A stretch of DNA of 49,950 nt from an uncultured Bacilli bacterium (GTDB taxonomy: Bacteria > Bacillota_I > Bacilli_A > RF39 > UBA660): contig CALVIU010000001.1 in the NCBI GenBank assembly GCA_944331835.1, positions 1-49,950 of the forward strand, in the 5' to 3' direction. Below, one piece after another: positions 9,314 to 17,615 of this stretch (position 1 is its first letter; every line of letters starts with the position of its first letter). The notes under the pieces were generated by a model. That model searched no databases. It was not told the DNA's origin and saw only the letters and a program-made list of their open reading frames with translations. Made by a program: the position numbers and the translations under genes.

Positions 9314-10006
9314 ATGTTTTTAAATTTACTTAATATTTTAAAAAATATGCTATTCTTTACTGGAAGCTATTCCAACAGTATATTTCCTGAACCACTTAGT
9401 ATGGAAGAAGAAGAATTCTACATAAATAAAATGCTTGAAGGAGATAAAAATGCTCGTAATAAATTAATAGAACACAATTTAAGATTGGTTGCCCATATCG
9501 TGAAAAAATTTGACTCTAAAGATAATACAGATGATTTAATAAGTATTGGAACAATTGGGCTTATTAAAGGAATTGATTCCTACAAAAACAATAAACAAAC
9601 TCGCATCACCACATATGCAGCAAGGTGTATTCAAAATGAATTATTGATGCATTTTCGCAGCAATAAAAAACAAGGAATAACTGTATCTTTAAATGATGCT
9701 ATCGGATTTGATAAAGAAGGAAACGAAATCAACCTAATTGATGTCATTAAAGACAAACAAAAGGATTTATTTGAAGATTTACAAATAAAAGATAATGTAG
9801 CCTTATTAAATAAATACTTAAAAATATTAAATGAACGTGAAAAAGAAATAGTCGTTAAAAGATATGGGCTATATAATACTAAAGAAATGACCCAAAAAGA
9901 AATAGCTAAAGAATTAAAAATTTCAAGAAGCTATGTTTCTCGAATTGAAAAAAGAGCCCTTACTAAAATGCTCACTGAATTTATCAAAAACAAAAATATA
10001 ACCTAA
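9314..10006 (+). CDS. sigK: Sporulation sigma factor SigK (pro-sigma-K), uninterrupted
   Basis: Close to my recollection of B. subtilis SigK: pro-sequence junction FTGSY/SNSIFPEPLS, HNLRLVAHIVKKF, DLISIGTIGLIKGIDSY, TYAARCIQNELLMHFR, ISRSYVSRIEKRALTKM. SD AGAGG precedes the ATG. Confidence 0.85.
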   Translation: MFLNLLNILKNMLFFTGSYSNSIFPEPLSMEEEEFYINKMLEGDKNARNKLIEHNLRLVAHIVKKFDSKDNTDDLISIGTIGLIKGIDSYKNNKQTRITTYAARCIQNELLMHFRSNKKQGITVSLNDAIGFDKEGNEINLIDVIKDKQKDLFEDLQIKDNVALLNKYLKILNEREKEIVVKRYGLYNTKEMTQKEIAKELKISRSYVSRIEKRALTKMLTEFIKNKNIT

Positions 10007-10022
10007 TTTACTTTAAGCAAAA

Positions 10023-10050
10023 AAACATTGCCACTTTCTTGACAATGTTT
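10023..10050. terminator. Hairpin between the convergent sigK and KH-domain genes (possible bidirectional terminator)
   Basis: AAACATTG (10023-10030) pairs perfectly with CAATGTTT (10043-10050). An A-run lies upstream and T-rich sequence downstream. Confidence 0.5.
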
Positions 10051-10294
10051 AATAAGCATCAATATTTACTTTAACTTTATTCATATTATTAGCTAAAGCA
10101 AATGCTTGAATAATCGTTCTAAGAGCACTAGCATTTTTACCATTCTTACCTATAATATTTTTCATTTCTGATGCTGGAACAATTATTTCAATTATCTTAG
10201 TATCTTCATCAGAATCAAAACATTCTACTTTAACAGAATCTGGTTCTTTAACTAATGCTTTAACTAAAAAATCCGTATACTCAACAATACCCAT
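10049..10294 (-). CDS. khpA: KH-domain RNA-binding protein (YlqC/KhpA-like)
   Basis: Contains IIGKNGKNASALRTI (a GXXG KH motif). It lies immediately downstream of rpsP, as in Bacillus rpsP-ylqC. The start is trimmed to the ATG at 10294 (MGIVEYTDF...), 1 nt after the rpsP stop; the longer track ORF would overlap rpsP. Confidence 0.8.
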   Translation of the reverse strand: MGIVEYTDFLVKALVKEPDSVKVECFDSDEDTKIIEIIVPASEMKNIIGKNGKNASALRTIIQAFALANNMNKVKVNIDAY

Positions 10295-10295
10295 A

Positions 10296-10568
10296 TTACT
10301 TACCTTTTTTTGCTTCATTAAATTCTTTTAAAATACCTTCTTTTTTAAGAAGTGCTTTAACAGTATCAGTTGGTTGAGCTCCATTATTTAACCACTTTAT
10401 TGCTATTTCTTTATCAATTTTTATTTCTGCAGGATTAGCAACTGGATTATATGTTCCAACAGTTTCGATAAAACGTCCATCTCTTGGGCTTCTTGAATCT
10501 GCAGCAACTATACGATAAAATGGTTTTTGTTTAGCTCCCATTCTTTTTAATCTTAATTTTACAGCCAT
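10296..10568 (-). CDS. rpsP: 30S ribosomal protein S16
   Basis: Begins [44 protein letters not shown] lies upstream. Confidence 0.95.
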   Translation of the reverse strand: MAVKLRLKRMGAKQKPFYRIVAADSRSPRDGRFIETVGTYNPVANPAEIKIDKEIAIKWLNNGAQPTDTVKALLKKEGILKEFNEAKKGK

Positions 10569-10598
10569 ATTCTCTCCTCCTTCATTAAGCTATAAATA

Positions 10599-10644
10599 AT
10601 TTATCACAATTAACAATATGTGTCAACCATTTTTTGTTGACACA
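10599..10644 (-). promoter_or_regulatory. Candidate rpsP promoter overlapping a 9-bp hairpin that follows the upstream HD gene
   Basis: The minus strand reads TTGACA (10621-10626), N16, then ATAAAT (10599-10604) preceded by TG. A hairpin TGTGTCAAC/GTTGACACA (10619-10644) directly abuts the HD-gene stop. Confidence 0.4.
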
Positions 10645-11280
10645 TTATTTGTGTGCTCTTATCAAACTTAATTCCTTTTCTATAAATTTTTCTTTATCAG
10701 CAACAAGTTTCTGCATACTATTTAAAAAATCTTGATACTTTTGGTCCGGAAAATACATCTTAGCATATCCCCCCTTACCATATTTTGATGCTAACTTTTT
10801 ATATGCGTATTCAATTATATCTAAATCGCTTAGATTCTCATCTTTATGTTTATTGCGTTGAAACAAAATAATTCCCCAAAGAGCAATATCAATATCTATG
10901 GCTCTATCCGCCGATGATACTAATTTACCATAAACACTTCTTGCTTCATACTCTAAACTTGCTCGATGATCAATAATAGCTTCATAAATAATTTGTCTAT
11001 CTTCATCACTGAAAAAATACTTCATTACCTCATCTTGATAAAACATATCCGCAGAAACTTGTTCATGATTCTCAGAATCAACTTTATATCCCAAATCATG
11101 AAATGCCGCAATAACATAAACCATATTAGGATTCAAATTTAAATGAAATAATTCATTTAATTCAAAACTCCTACTTATTACATTCTTAATATGTTCTATC
11201 CTGTGTCCTTCGATATTTGTATCATATTGTGGAAATATCTTGTCCTTAATATACTTAACTATATTTTCGTTTAAACCCAT
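10645..11280 (-). CDS. HD-domain phosphohydrolase family protein
   Basis: Motifs: H..IEHIKNV, AAFHDLGY (the HD motif) and IIDHRAS. Confidence 0.7.
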   Translation of the reverse strand: MGLNENIVKYIKDKIFPQYDTNIEGHRIEHIKNVISRSFELNELFHLNLNPNMVYVIAAFHDLGYKVDSENHEQVSADMFYQDEVMKYFFSDEDRQIIYEAIIDHRASLEYEARSVYGKLVSSADRAIDIDIALWGIILFQRNKHKDENLSDLDIIEYAYKKLASKYGKGGYAKMYFPDQKYQDFLNSMQKLVADKEKFIEKELSLIRAHK

Positions 11281-11335
11281 GACTGTTTCCTCCCTTTCTG
11301 TCTAATATATCATAAATTTAAGTATTTAAAAAGCA

Positions 11336-11872
11336 TCAATTCGATGCTTCATTTAAATAGTCTTCATTTATTTCATCTAATACTGACTCATCTGATTCAT
11401 CAAAAATTTCTTCATAATCATCTTCATCATCCTCTACACTAACCTTTACTTTAGTATCTCCCACTATTTCAACTCCTAATTCCTTTTCAATATCAAGTTT
11501 AACAGTTGTTCCTTCAACATTTACATTAGAAACCGTCGGCTGACGAAGACATCTCACAATTATTTCTGATGCATCTGCTAAATTATGATCTTCCTTTAAA
11601 GGAATATTCATCGTATCACTATAAGTAAAGTTTCTAGTTGTTACTGCTGTACTTTTATCCCCATTATATGAATACCAAACATTGACATCAAATGAGCCAT
11701 TAACTATAACTTTACCACTAGACCCTTTTGTTCCATTAAATTTATGATTGATTACCCAACAACCTAAAACAGTATTTGGTATTTCTTCTGGTTCCAAAGA
11801 AAATGTATTACCACTTGTTTTTTTTGCCTTACCAATTACTGCTTTTGTAACTATTTCCTTAAAACTAGACAT
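11336..11872 (-). CDS. cotE: Outer spore coat morphogenetic protein CotE
   Basis: Collinear with my recollection of B. subtilis CotE: FKEIVTKAVIGKAKK, LGCWVINHKF, DVNVWYSY, LRQP, IVGDTKVKV, and an acidic C-terminal tail. Confidence 0.85.
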   Translation of the reverse strand: MSSFKEIVTKAVIGKAKKTSGNTFSLEPEEIPNTVLGCWVINHKFNGTKGSSGKVIVNGSFDVNVWYSYNGDKSTAVTTRNFTYSDTMNIPLKEDHNLADASEIIVRCLRQPTVSNVNVEGTTVKLDIEKELGVEIVGDTKVKVSVEDDEDDYEEIFDESDESVLDEINEDYLNEASN

Positions 11873-11958
11873 AAAATCACCTTCCTAATTAAATATATGC
11901 AACATCTAGACTTTTGAACACATTATTGCTATAATATAGATAAATAAATGGAGGAACT

Positions 11959-12894
11959 ATGAAAATATTTATTATAAGTATAATTTTACTTACCTTATTA
12001 ACTGGTTGTACTAAAGAAGAAAGTATATTTAACCCCCAAGAAGAACCAACTTTAACTGAAGAAGAAAAAAGAAATATCGAAGTTATCAATCATTTAAACG
12101 ATTTAATTGCCAATTCTAATACCAATCGTTCATTTACTTATGTAATCACTATCGATGATGACACATATACATATTCCGGAGAAATATTTGAAAATGTAAC
12201 TAAAGGAACTTACACTCACAACAATACAACTACCAACTATCAAATTGAAAACTCTAAAGTTTATGATTCTACTACTTTAGAAGAAATAGATATTTATGGT
12301 AATATCAATACAGAGTTAATAAATATAACTCATTATCAAATTAGTAGTAATTCCTATACTTGTACCATGAATACAAATACTGCAATATGTCAAGCCAAAG
12401 GCCCTAATCATAACATAACATTTACCTTTGATGATAAACACATAACTAATATAGTTTATACTGAAGGAGAAAATATTAATTACAATCTAACTTATAGTAA
12501 TTTTGATAATATCGAATTTATTCCCAAAATTACCTATAACTATCTAAATCTAACCTATAATAAAACCAACAACATAAAAAAAGAAACATTATTAAATGAT
12601 TACAACAAACCATATAATATCTATTACTACTATGTAAATAATGTCACTATAGAAATTGATAATAAAAAAATTCCTATCACTGATACTATCGAAATTTTTA
12701 GCACACCTATGTATATCCTAGATTATAGCAAATATATTATTGATACTGACAATATTAGTAAAGTTGAATTATATATTTATGAAAATGATTTTATAATCAT
12801 AATTATTAATAATAAGAAAGAAGGTTATTCATATTATCTGTCTACTTACAACTACACCGAAGAAATTTTACAAGACTTTGTTGCCATTAACTAA
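11959..12894 (+). CDS. Putative lipoprotein, N/T/Y-rich, function unknown
   Basis: Signal peptide with lipobox LLTGC. SD GGAGGA lies upstream, and the extended -10 TGCTATAAT lies further upstream. Confidence 0.6.
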   Translation: MKIFIISIILLTLLTGCTKEESIFNPQEEPTLTEEEKRNIEVINHLNDLIANSNTNRSFTYVITIDDDTYTYSGEIFENVTKGTYTHNNTTTNYQIENSKVYDSTTLEEIDIYGNINTELINITHYQISSNSYTCTMNTNTAICQAKGPNHNITFTFDDKHITNIVYTEGENINYNLTYSNFDNIEFIPKITYNYLNLTYNKTNNIKKETLLNDYNKPYNIYYYYVNNVTIEIDNKKIPITDTIEIFSTPMYILDYSKYIIDTDNISKVELYIYENDFIIIIINNKKEGYSYYLSTYNYTEEILQDFVAIN

Positions 12895-12926
12895 CTTAAA
12901 TGATACAATTAACATGGTGATGATTT

Positions 12927-13301
12927 ATGAAAGATGATTGTTTATTTTGTAAAATTGCAAATAAAAAAGTAGATGCTAAAATACTATATGAAGATGAAGA
13001 CTTGATGGTAATTCTAGATGCTTATCCTGATACTGATGGCCATACTTTAGTGATACCTAAAAAACATTATGAAGATATTTATAGCATAGATCCTGAAGTA
13101 TTTTTAAAAATATTTACTACCGGCAAAGAAAAAGCCCAAACTTTAATGAACAAATTAGATAAAAATTCATTAACATTTTTAGTAAATTATGGTGATGCTC
13201 AAGCCATCAAACATTTCCATTTACATTTACTACCTGATTTTATGCATAAAGAACACAAATATAGTAAAGAAGAAATATATGATAAATTAATGAAGGATTG
13301 A
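12927..13301 (+). CDS. HIT family (histidine triad) protein
   Basis: Contains CLFCKI and the histidine triad HFHLHLLP. Confidence 0.85.
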   Translation: MKDDCLFCKIANKKVDAKILYEDEDLMVILDAYPDTDGHTLVIPKKHYEDIYSIDPEVFLKIFTTGKEKAQTLMNKLDKNSLTFLVNYGDAQAIKHFHLHLLPDFMHKEHKYSKEEIYDKLMKD

Positions 13302-13303
13302 TT

Positions 13304-14536
13304 ATGACAAGAAGAAAAAAGAAGTTAAAAAAGAAAGCAATATTTAGCACAATTATCCTATTAGCTATCGTATTAGTTGGAGCATTTTTAGGTTACAATT
13401 ACTTATTTAATGATGATTCATCAAACAATTCAACTAACAATAACAATAATAATGGTAACAACAATCAAGTAGAAAAACCAAAAGAAAATGAAGTATATAA
13501 CCTTAGTTTATTAGCCACTGGTGATGCTTTAATTCACAATGCTGTATATTGGGAATATGCTATTGGGGATAAAAATACTGGCCCATATAATTTTGATGGA
13601 GCTTTAGATTATGTAAGAGATATTGTATCCGAATACGATATTGCTTATTATAATCAAGAAACTCCTTTTGCTGGAGGAAATCCATCAGGATACCCAAGAT
13701 TTTCTACTCCAACAGAATTTGGTGATGCGATGATTAAGGCTGGATTTAATATGGTTTCTCTAGCCACCAATCATACAATGGATAAAGGAGAAAATGGTGT
13801 TCTAAATTTCTACAATTATTTTAAAGATAAAGATGATATAGTTTATAATGGTATAGCTGATAGTGAAGAATCTCGTAACAATTTTATAATTGGTGAAAAA
13901 AACAATATAACTTATACAATGCTATCTTATACTACTTCGACGAATGGTTTACCAGTTCCTTCTGGAAAAGATTACTTAGTAAATGTTTATGATGAAGAAC
14001 AAGTTAAAGAAGATATTGAAGCAGTAAGAGATAAAGTTGATGTATTAATTGTAGCAATGCACTGGGGTGTAGAATATGCTACTAATCCAAATGATAGTCA
14101 AAAAGAAATAGCACAGTATCTAGCAGACCTTGGAGTAGACATTATTATAGGATGTCACCCTCACGTTCTTCAACCTATTACTTGGATTGACGATACATTA
14201 GTAATGTATTCTTTAGGTAATTTTATATCTAATCAATATGGAACAGATGATTACAACAAACTAGTTGGATTCATGGCAACTCTCGATATAACAAAAACAG
14301 TTACTCCGGAAGGAGAAGTAACCATTGATATAGGTAACCTAGGTGGAGAATTAATATTTACCAAATATAATGGTAATCCAATTACAACATCTAACCATGA
14401 TGGTCATGTCGTAATACCATTTAGTAAAATGACTGATGATAGATACCTAAGTGATTACCAAAGAATATATGAAAAATACTCAGGAATACTCGAAAGTATG
14501 GGAACAGATTTAAACATAGTTCCTCTACCATCATAA
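13304..14536 (+). CDS. CapA/PgsA-family metallophosphatase-like membrane-anchored protein
   Basis: N-terminal TM segment, then LATGDALIH, LATNHTMD, MHWGVEY and GCHPHVLQP. The start is moved to the ATG at 13304; the track start at 13298 is a TTG overlapping the HIT stop. Confidence 0.7.
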   Translation: MTRRKKKLKKKAIFSTIILLAIVLVGAFLGYNYLFNDDSSNNSTNNNNNNGNNNQVEKPKENEVYNLSLLATGDALIHNAVYWEYAIGDKNTGPYNFDGALDYVRDIVSEYDIAYYNQETPFAGGNPSGYPRFSTPTEFGDAMIKAGFNMVSLATNHTMDKGENGVLNFYNYFKDKDDIVYNGIADSEESRNNFIIGEKNNITYTMLSYTTSTNGLPVPSGKDYLVNVYDEEQVKEDIEAVRDKVDVLIVAMHWGVEYATNPNDSQKEIAQYLADLGVDIIIGCHPHVLQPITWIDDTLVMYSLGNFISNQYGTDDYNKLVGFMATLDITKTVTPEGEVTIDIGNLGGELIFTKYNGNPITTSNHDGHVVIPFSKMTDDRYLSDYQRIYEKYSGILESMGTDLNIVPLPS

Positions 14537-14564
14537 AAAGTGCAAGATGTTGCACTTTTTTTAT
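14537..14564 (+). terminator. Rho-independent terminator after the capA-like gene
   Basis: Stem AAAGTGCAA/TTGCACTTT with loop GATG, followed by a T-run. Confidence 0.7.
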
Positions 14565-14579
14565 TATATTTTTGCTTCC

Positions 14580-14635
14580 ATGTCGAATTTTGACGGACAC
14601 TTTTTCTTGCATTTGTATTTACATTACTTTAGAAT
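14580..14635 (+). promoter_or_regulatory. Conserved motif plus sigmaA-type promoter of sORF module 1
   Basis: ATGTCGAATTTTGACGGAC (14580-14598), then TTGCAT (14607-14612), N17, TAGAAT (14630-14635). The order and spacing are the same as in module 2 at 34281-34336 (motif start to -35 is 27 nt in both). Confidence 0.5.
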
Positions 14636-14641
14636 AAATAA

Positions 14642-14921
14642 CCGTTACCGGAGAGTGTTGTGCTGATGCAACTGAGTAATTTCTTTGCTACTCAAACATT
14701 GGGGGTTTTGGAAAGAAAGGGGCAAAAGATATGAACAAAGAAGAAAATAAAAGTACTCTTTTAGTAATAATAATCTTATTAATTGTAGTAATACTACGTT
14801 TAATATAGAAAAATAGACACTAGCCTTGTTCAGGTATAGTGTCTCAAACCAAAAATTTGCAGGCATTATCCACTAGGGGTAACACTTACATGTATAATAT
14901 AACAAATTTATATGTTTTTTT
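14642..14921 (+). other. Structured sORF-bearing transcript, module 1 (candidate type I toxin-like mRNA)
   Basis: The predicted 5' end is at AACCGTTACC. The 5' segments GTTACC (14644-49), AGTG (14654-57) and GATGC (14665-69) are complementary to the 3' segments GGTAAC (14878-83), CACT (14871-74) and GCATT (14863-67). A perfect 8-bp hairpin AGACACTA/TAGTGTCT (14815-14844) follows the sORF. A terminator hairpin ACATGTA/TATATGT plus T7 lies at 14888-14921. Confidence 0.4.
14731..14808 (+). CDS. 25-aa hydrophobic peptide MNKEENKSTLLVIIILLIVVILRLI (candidate small membrane toxin)
   Basis: Hand-translated; too short for the ORF track. SD AAAGGGG lies 7 nt upstream of the ATG. The peptide has one predicted TM helix. 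It is the paralogue of the sORF at 34436-34516; both start MN. Confidence 0.4.
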   Translation: MNKEENKSTLLVIIILLIVVILRLI

Positions 14922-15013
14922 CAAGTATATTCAATATCGAACTTTGTCGAACAAACTTATATTATACTTTAAAATAAATTTACCTATAGAAATTAAGTAA
15001 TTATATTCCCCTT

Positions 15014-16291
15014 TCATTCTTTAATTGCTTTAAATAACTTACTCCAAACTTTACCACTTGAATAATTTAAAATACCAGCCTTGTAAACTCTCAATCCAAA
15101 TTTAAGTAATACATATATGAATAAAATTAATATAACAACTGATATTATTACATCAATTATTGTAATTTGTCCTAAAACAAATAATGTCGGCGAAATAAAC
15201 ACTGATAAGAAAGGAATATAAGAAATTATTCTAATAAATATAGAACCATCAAACATTGCTGACATAATTGCTAAATAATAACCTGCAACTGAAATAAGCA
15301 TTATTGGAGTTTGCAATTGATTAAAATCTTCAATATTGACAGTCATTGAAGCAAGTATCCCCGCCACTAAAGCATAAGCTACAAATGATAAAATAATTAA
15401 TATCAATGTAATGGGAATAACTAATATTAAAGTATTAGTAAGACCACTAGAGTTAATCATTCCAAAAATACTGCTAATATCAAAACCTAACGAATCTCCC
15501 CCCAAAGATAAACTGACTAAATAAGCAATTACACAATAAATAATTAATAAAACACCTTGTAAAATTACAAATAAATTACTAGCTAAAACTTTCGACATCA
15601 AATGTGCCTTCGGAGAAACATTAGCAATAATTATTTCCATACTTCTAGTAGTCTTTTCTTCACATATTTCTCCCCCAACCATTTGCACTAAGAAAACAAT
15701 TAACATAAAAAATGGAAGAATAAGAGTTGGAAATATACTACTCATAACCATATCCATATTTTCATCAGTAGTTGCTTCCTCATTTAATATTGTTCTATCT
15801 ATTGTAATACTAGCTGATATATTTGCCAAAATTTCAGGATCAATATTAGAATTAATCATTCCAATAGTTGTCTTTGTACTATTCAATGCTTGTAATATTA
15901 TTTGATAAGTTAAATTATCTATCTTATCATTGCTAATTAACTCAGCCTTTAAATATTCTACTTCATCACTGTTTAAAACAATTACTAATTGATTATCTTC
16001 TAAAGATTCTTTTATACTATCAATATCATCATTTGCAGTACTTACTTCAAAATTTTCATCTTCTGCATAAACATTTAAATTTTCTTCAAATAGCTGATAA
16101 GCATTAGCGTTATCAACCACAATAATATTTGTGTTATTTTCAAAATCTCCACCAAAAAATTCAATTATTGAAGAAATATTTAATAAAGCTACTATTGCTA
16201 TTAAAAGAATTACATTAGTTACAATAAACCATTTAGATTTTACTTTCTTATTAAAACTAAGTTTAGTTAAATACCAAAATTTTTTATTCAT
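15014..16291 (-). CDS. ABC-2 type transporter permease (NatB-like)
   Basis: N-terminal TM segment, a large extracytoplasmic loop, then a cluster of 5-6 TM segments. The start is the ATG at 16291 (MNKKFWYL), with GGAGG 5 nt upstream, overlapping the ATPase stop (ATGAATAA). Confidence 0.8.
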   Translation of the reverse strand: MNKKFWYLTKLSFNKKVKSKWFIVTNVILLIAIVALLNISSIIEFFGGDFENNTNIIVVDNANAYQLFEENLNVYAEDENFEVSTANDDIDSIKESLEDNQLVIVLNSDEVEYLKAELISNDKIDNLTYQIILQALNSTKTTIGMINSNIDPEILANISASITIDRTILNEEATTDENMDMVMSSIFPTLILPFFMLIVFLVQMVGGEICEEKTTRSMEIIIANVSPKAHLMSKVLASNLFVILQGVLLIIYCVIAYLVSLSLGGDSLGFDISSIFGMINSSGLTNTLILVIPITLILIILSFVAYALVAGILASMTVNIEDFNQLQTPIMLISVAGYYLAIMSAMFDGSIFIRIISYIPFLSVFISPTLFVLGQITIIDVIISVVILILFIYVLLKFGLRVYKAGILNYSSGKVWSKLFKAIKE

Positions 16292-17180
16292 GAATACCTC
16301 CAACACTTGCTATAAATATTTCATTTAAACTTGGACTTACTACATCATATTTAGTTATATTAGAATTTTTTATAATATTGAATACCTTCGGAGCAACTTC
16401 CTTATTAGCAATTTTCACTTCTAATTCTCCCCTAGTTTTTTCAACACTTATAACTCCCTTAAGTTTCTTAATTGCTGAAATATCGATATCTTCTCCTTTA
16501 ATCATTATATTTTTCTTAGCATAATTTTCTTTAATATCATCTAATTTGCCATCTAATATAGTATTCCCTTTAACAAGTAATATAAGTTTTTCACAAAAAT
16601 CTTCAATATATTCCATTTGATGTGATGAGAATATAATTGAACAACCCTTTTCTTTCAAATAATATATAGCATCTTTCATAAGTTTAACATTAATTGGATC
16701 TAATCCTGTAAAAGGTTCATCAAGTATCAATAGTTTTGGTTCATTGATGATAGCTGAGATAAACTGAATCTTTTGCTGATTACCTTTAGATAATTCTTTA
16801 ATCTTTCTATTTTTATAAGAAGTTATTTCAAATTTTTCTAACCAATAATCAAGTCTTTTATCAATTGTATCTTTATCCAATCCTTTTAATGTACCATAAA
16901 ATTCAATTTGTTCTTGAACAGTTAACTTAGTTAGTAAACTTCGCTCTTCTGTAACAAAACCAATATTATCAGTTTCACTATAATCAATTTTCTTACCATC
17001 TAAAGTAACTTTTCCTTCATTAGCATCTATTAGTCCCATAATAATTCTAAATGTCGTTGTCTTACCAGCACCATTTTCACCCAAAAGACCAAATATTTCG
17101 CCAGCATCGACAGTAAAAGATAAATTATTAACAGCTACATTTTCACCATATTTTTTAGTAATATTTTCCACTTTTAACAT
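16284..17180 (-). CDS. ABC transporter ATP-binding protein (NatA-like)
   Basis: Walker A GENGAGKTT, signature LSKGNQQK, Walker B LLILDEP. Confidence 0.9.
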   Translation of the reverse strand: MLKVENITKKYGENVAVNNLSFTVDAGEIFGLLGENGAGKTTTFRIIMGLIDANEGKVTLDGKKIDYSETDNIGFVTEERSLLTKLTVQEQIEFYGTLKGLDKDTIDKRLDYWLEKFEITSYKNRKIKELSKGNQQKIQFISAIINEPKLLILDEPFTGLDPINVKLMKDAIYYLKEKGCSIIFSSHQMEYIEDFCEKLILLVKGNTILDGKLDDIKENYAKKNIMIKGEDIDISAIKKLKGVISVEKTRGELEVKIANKEVAPKVFNIIKNSNITKYDVVSPSLNEIFIASVGGIHE

Positions 17181-17216
17181 ATAATACCTCCGTTAGTATT
17201 ATCTCATATATAACAA

Positions 17217-17241
17217 ATAAAAAAAAGAGGTAACCCTCTTT
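17217..17241 (-). terminator. Rho-independent terminator after the yjcZ-like genes
   Basis: The minus strand reads AAGAGG-GTTA-CCTCTT followed by T7. The hairpin abuts the stop codon at 17240-17242. Confidence 0.6.
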
Positions 17242-17362
17242 AATAAAATGCTCCGCCCCAAATAATGGCAAGCAGTATGAATAATATTAAAACAATAAAA
17301 GCATAATTTGCTGTAAATCCATTACCACCACATGGGTCGCAGTCTTTTCTTGGACAACTCAT
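17240..17362 (-). CDS. YjcZ-family tiny sporulation membrane protein (40 aa) MSCPRKDCDPCGGNGFTANYAFIVLILFILLAIIWGGAFY
   Basis: Hand-translated; absent from the ORF track. A perfect SD AAAGGAGG lies 8 nt upstream. The FIVLILFILLAII core matches the YjcZ/TIGR01732 tiny-TM pattern (G-rich stretch followed by ALIVVLFILLIIVG), as recalled. Confidence 0.65.
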   Translation of the reverse strand: MSCPRKDCDPCGGNGFTANYAFIVLILFILLAIIWGGAFY

Positions 17363-17384
17363 TTTAAAACCTCCTTTAATCTAT

Positions 17385-17471
17385 TTAAATAAAGGCCCCT
17401 ACTATAATTATTAAAAGAATAAACAATACTAAAATTATAGCAGCACCTAGGCCATTTCCACAATGATTCAT
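17385..17471 (-). CDS. YjcZ-family tiny sporulation membrane protein (28 aa) MNHCGNGLGAAIILVLFILLIIIVGAFI
   Basis: Hand-translated; absent from the ORF track. SD AAGGAGGA lies upstream. It is in tandem with the previous gene. Confidence 0.65.
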   Translation of the reverse strand: MNHCGNGLGAAIILVLFILLIIIVGAFI

Positions 17472-17615
17472 AAAACTTTCCTCCTTTATTTGTCTTTTCA
17501 TTAGTATCTTATGGTAAGTTTATAGAAGTGTGAGTGCTTTTTCCTGTGAAAATATAGTGATTTTCTTGTATTTAATTATAATTCTTGCTATAATATTTCT
17601 GGAAAAGGAGATATT

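Noticed and set aside
14421-14866. Minus-strand ORFs 14421-14612 and 14645-14866
   Set aside because: They lie antisense to the capA-like 3' end and to sORF module 1, and they lack an SD. The plus-strand promoter, SD and terminator architecture explains the region better.
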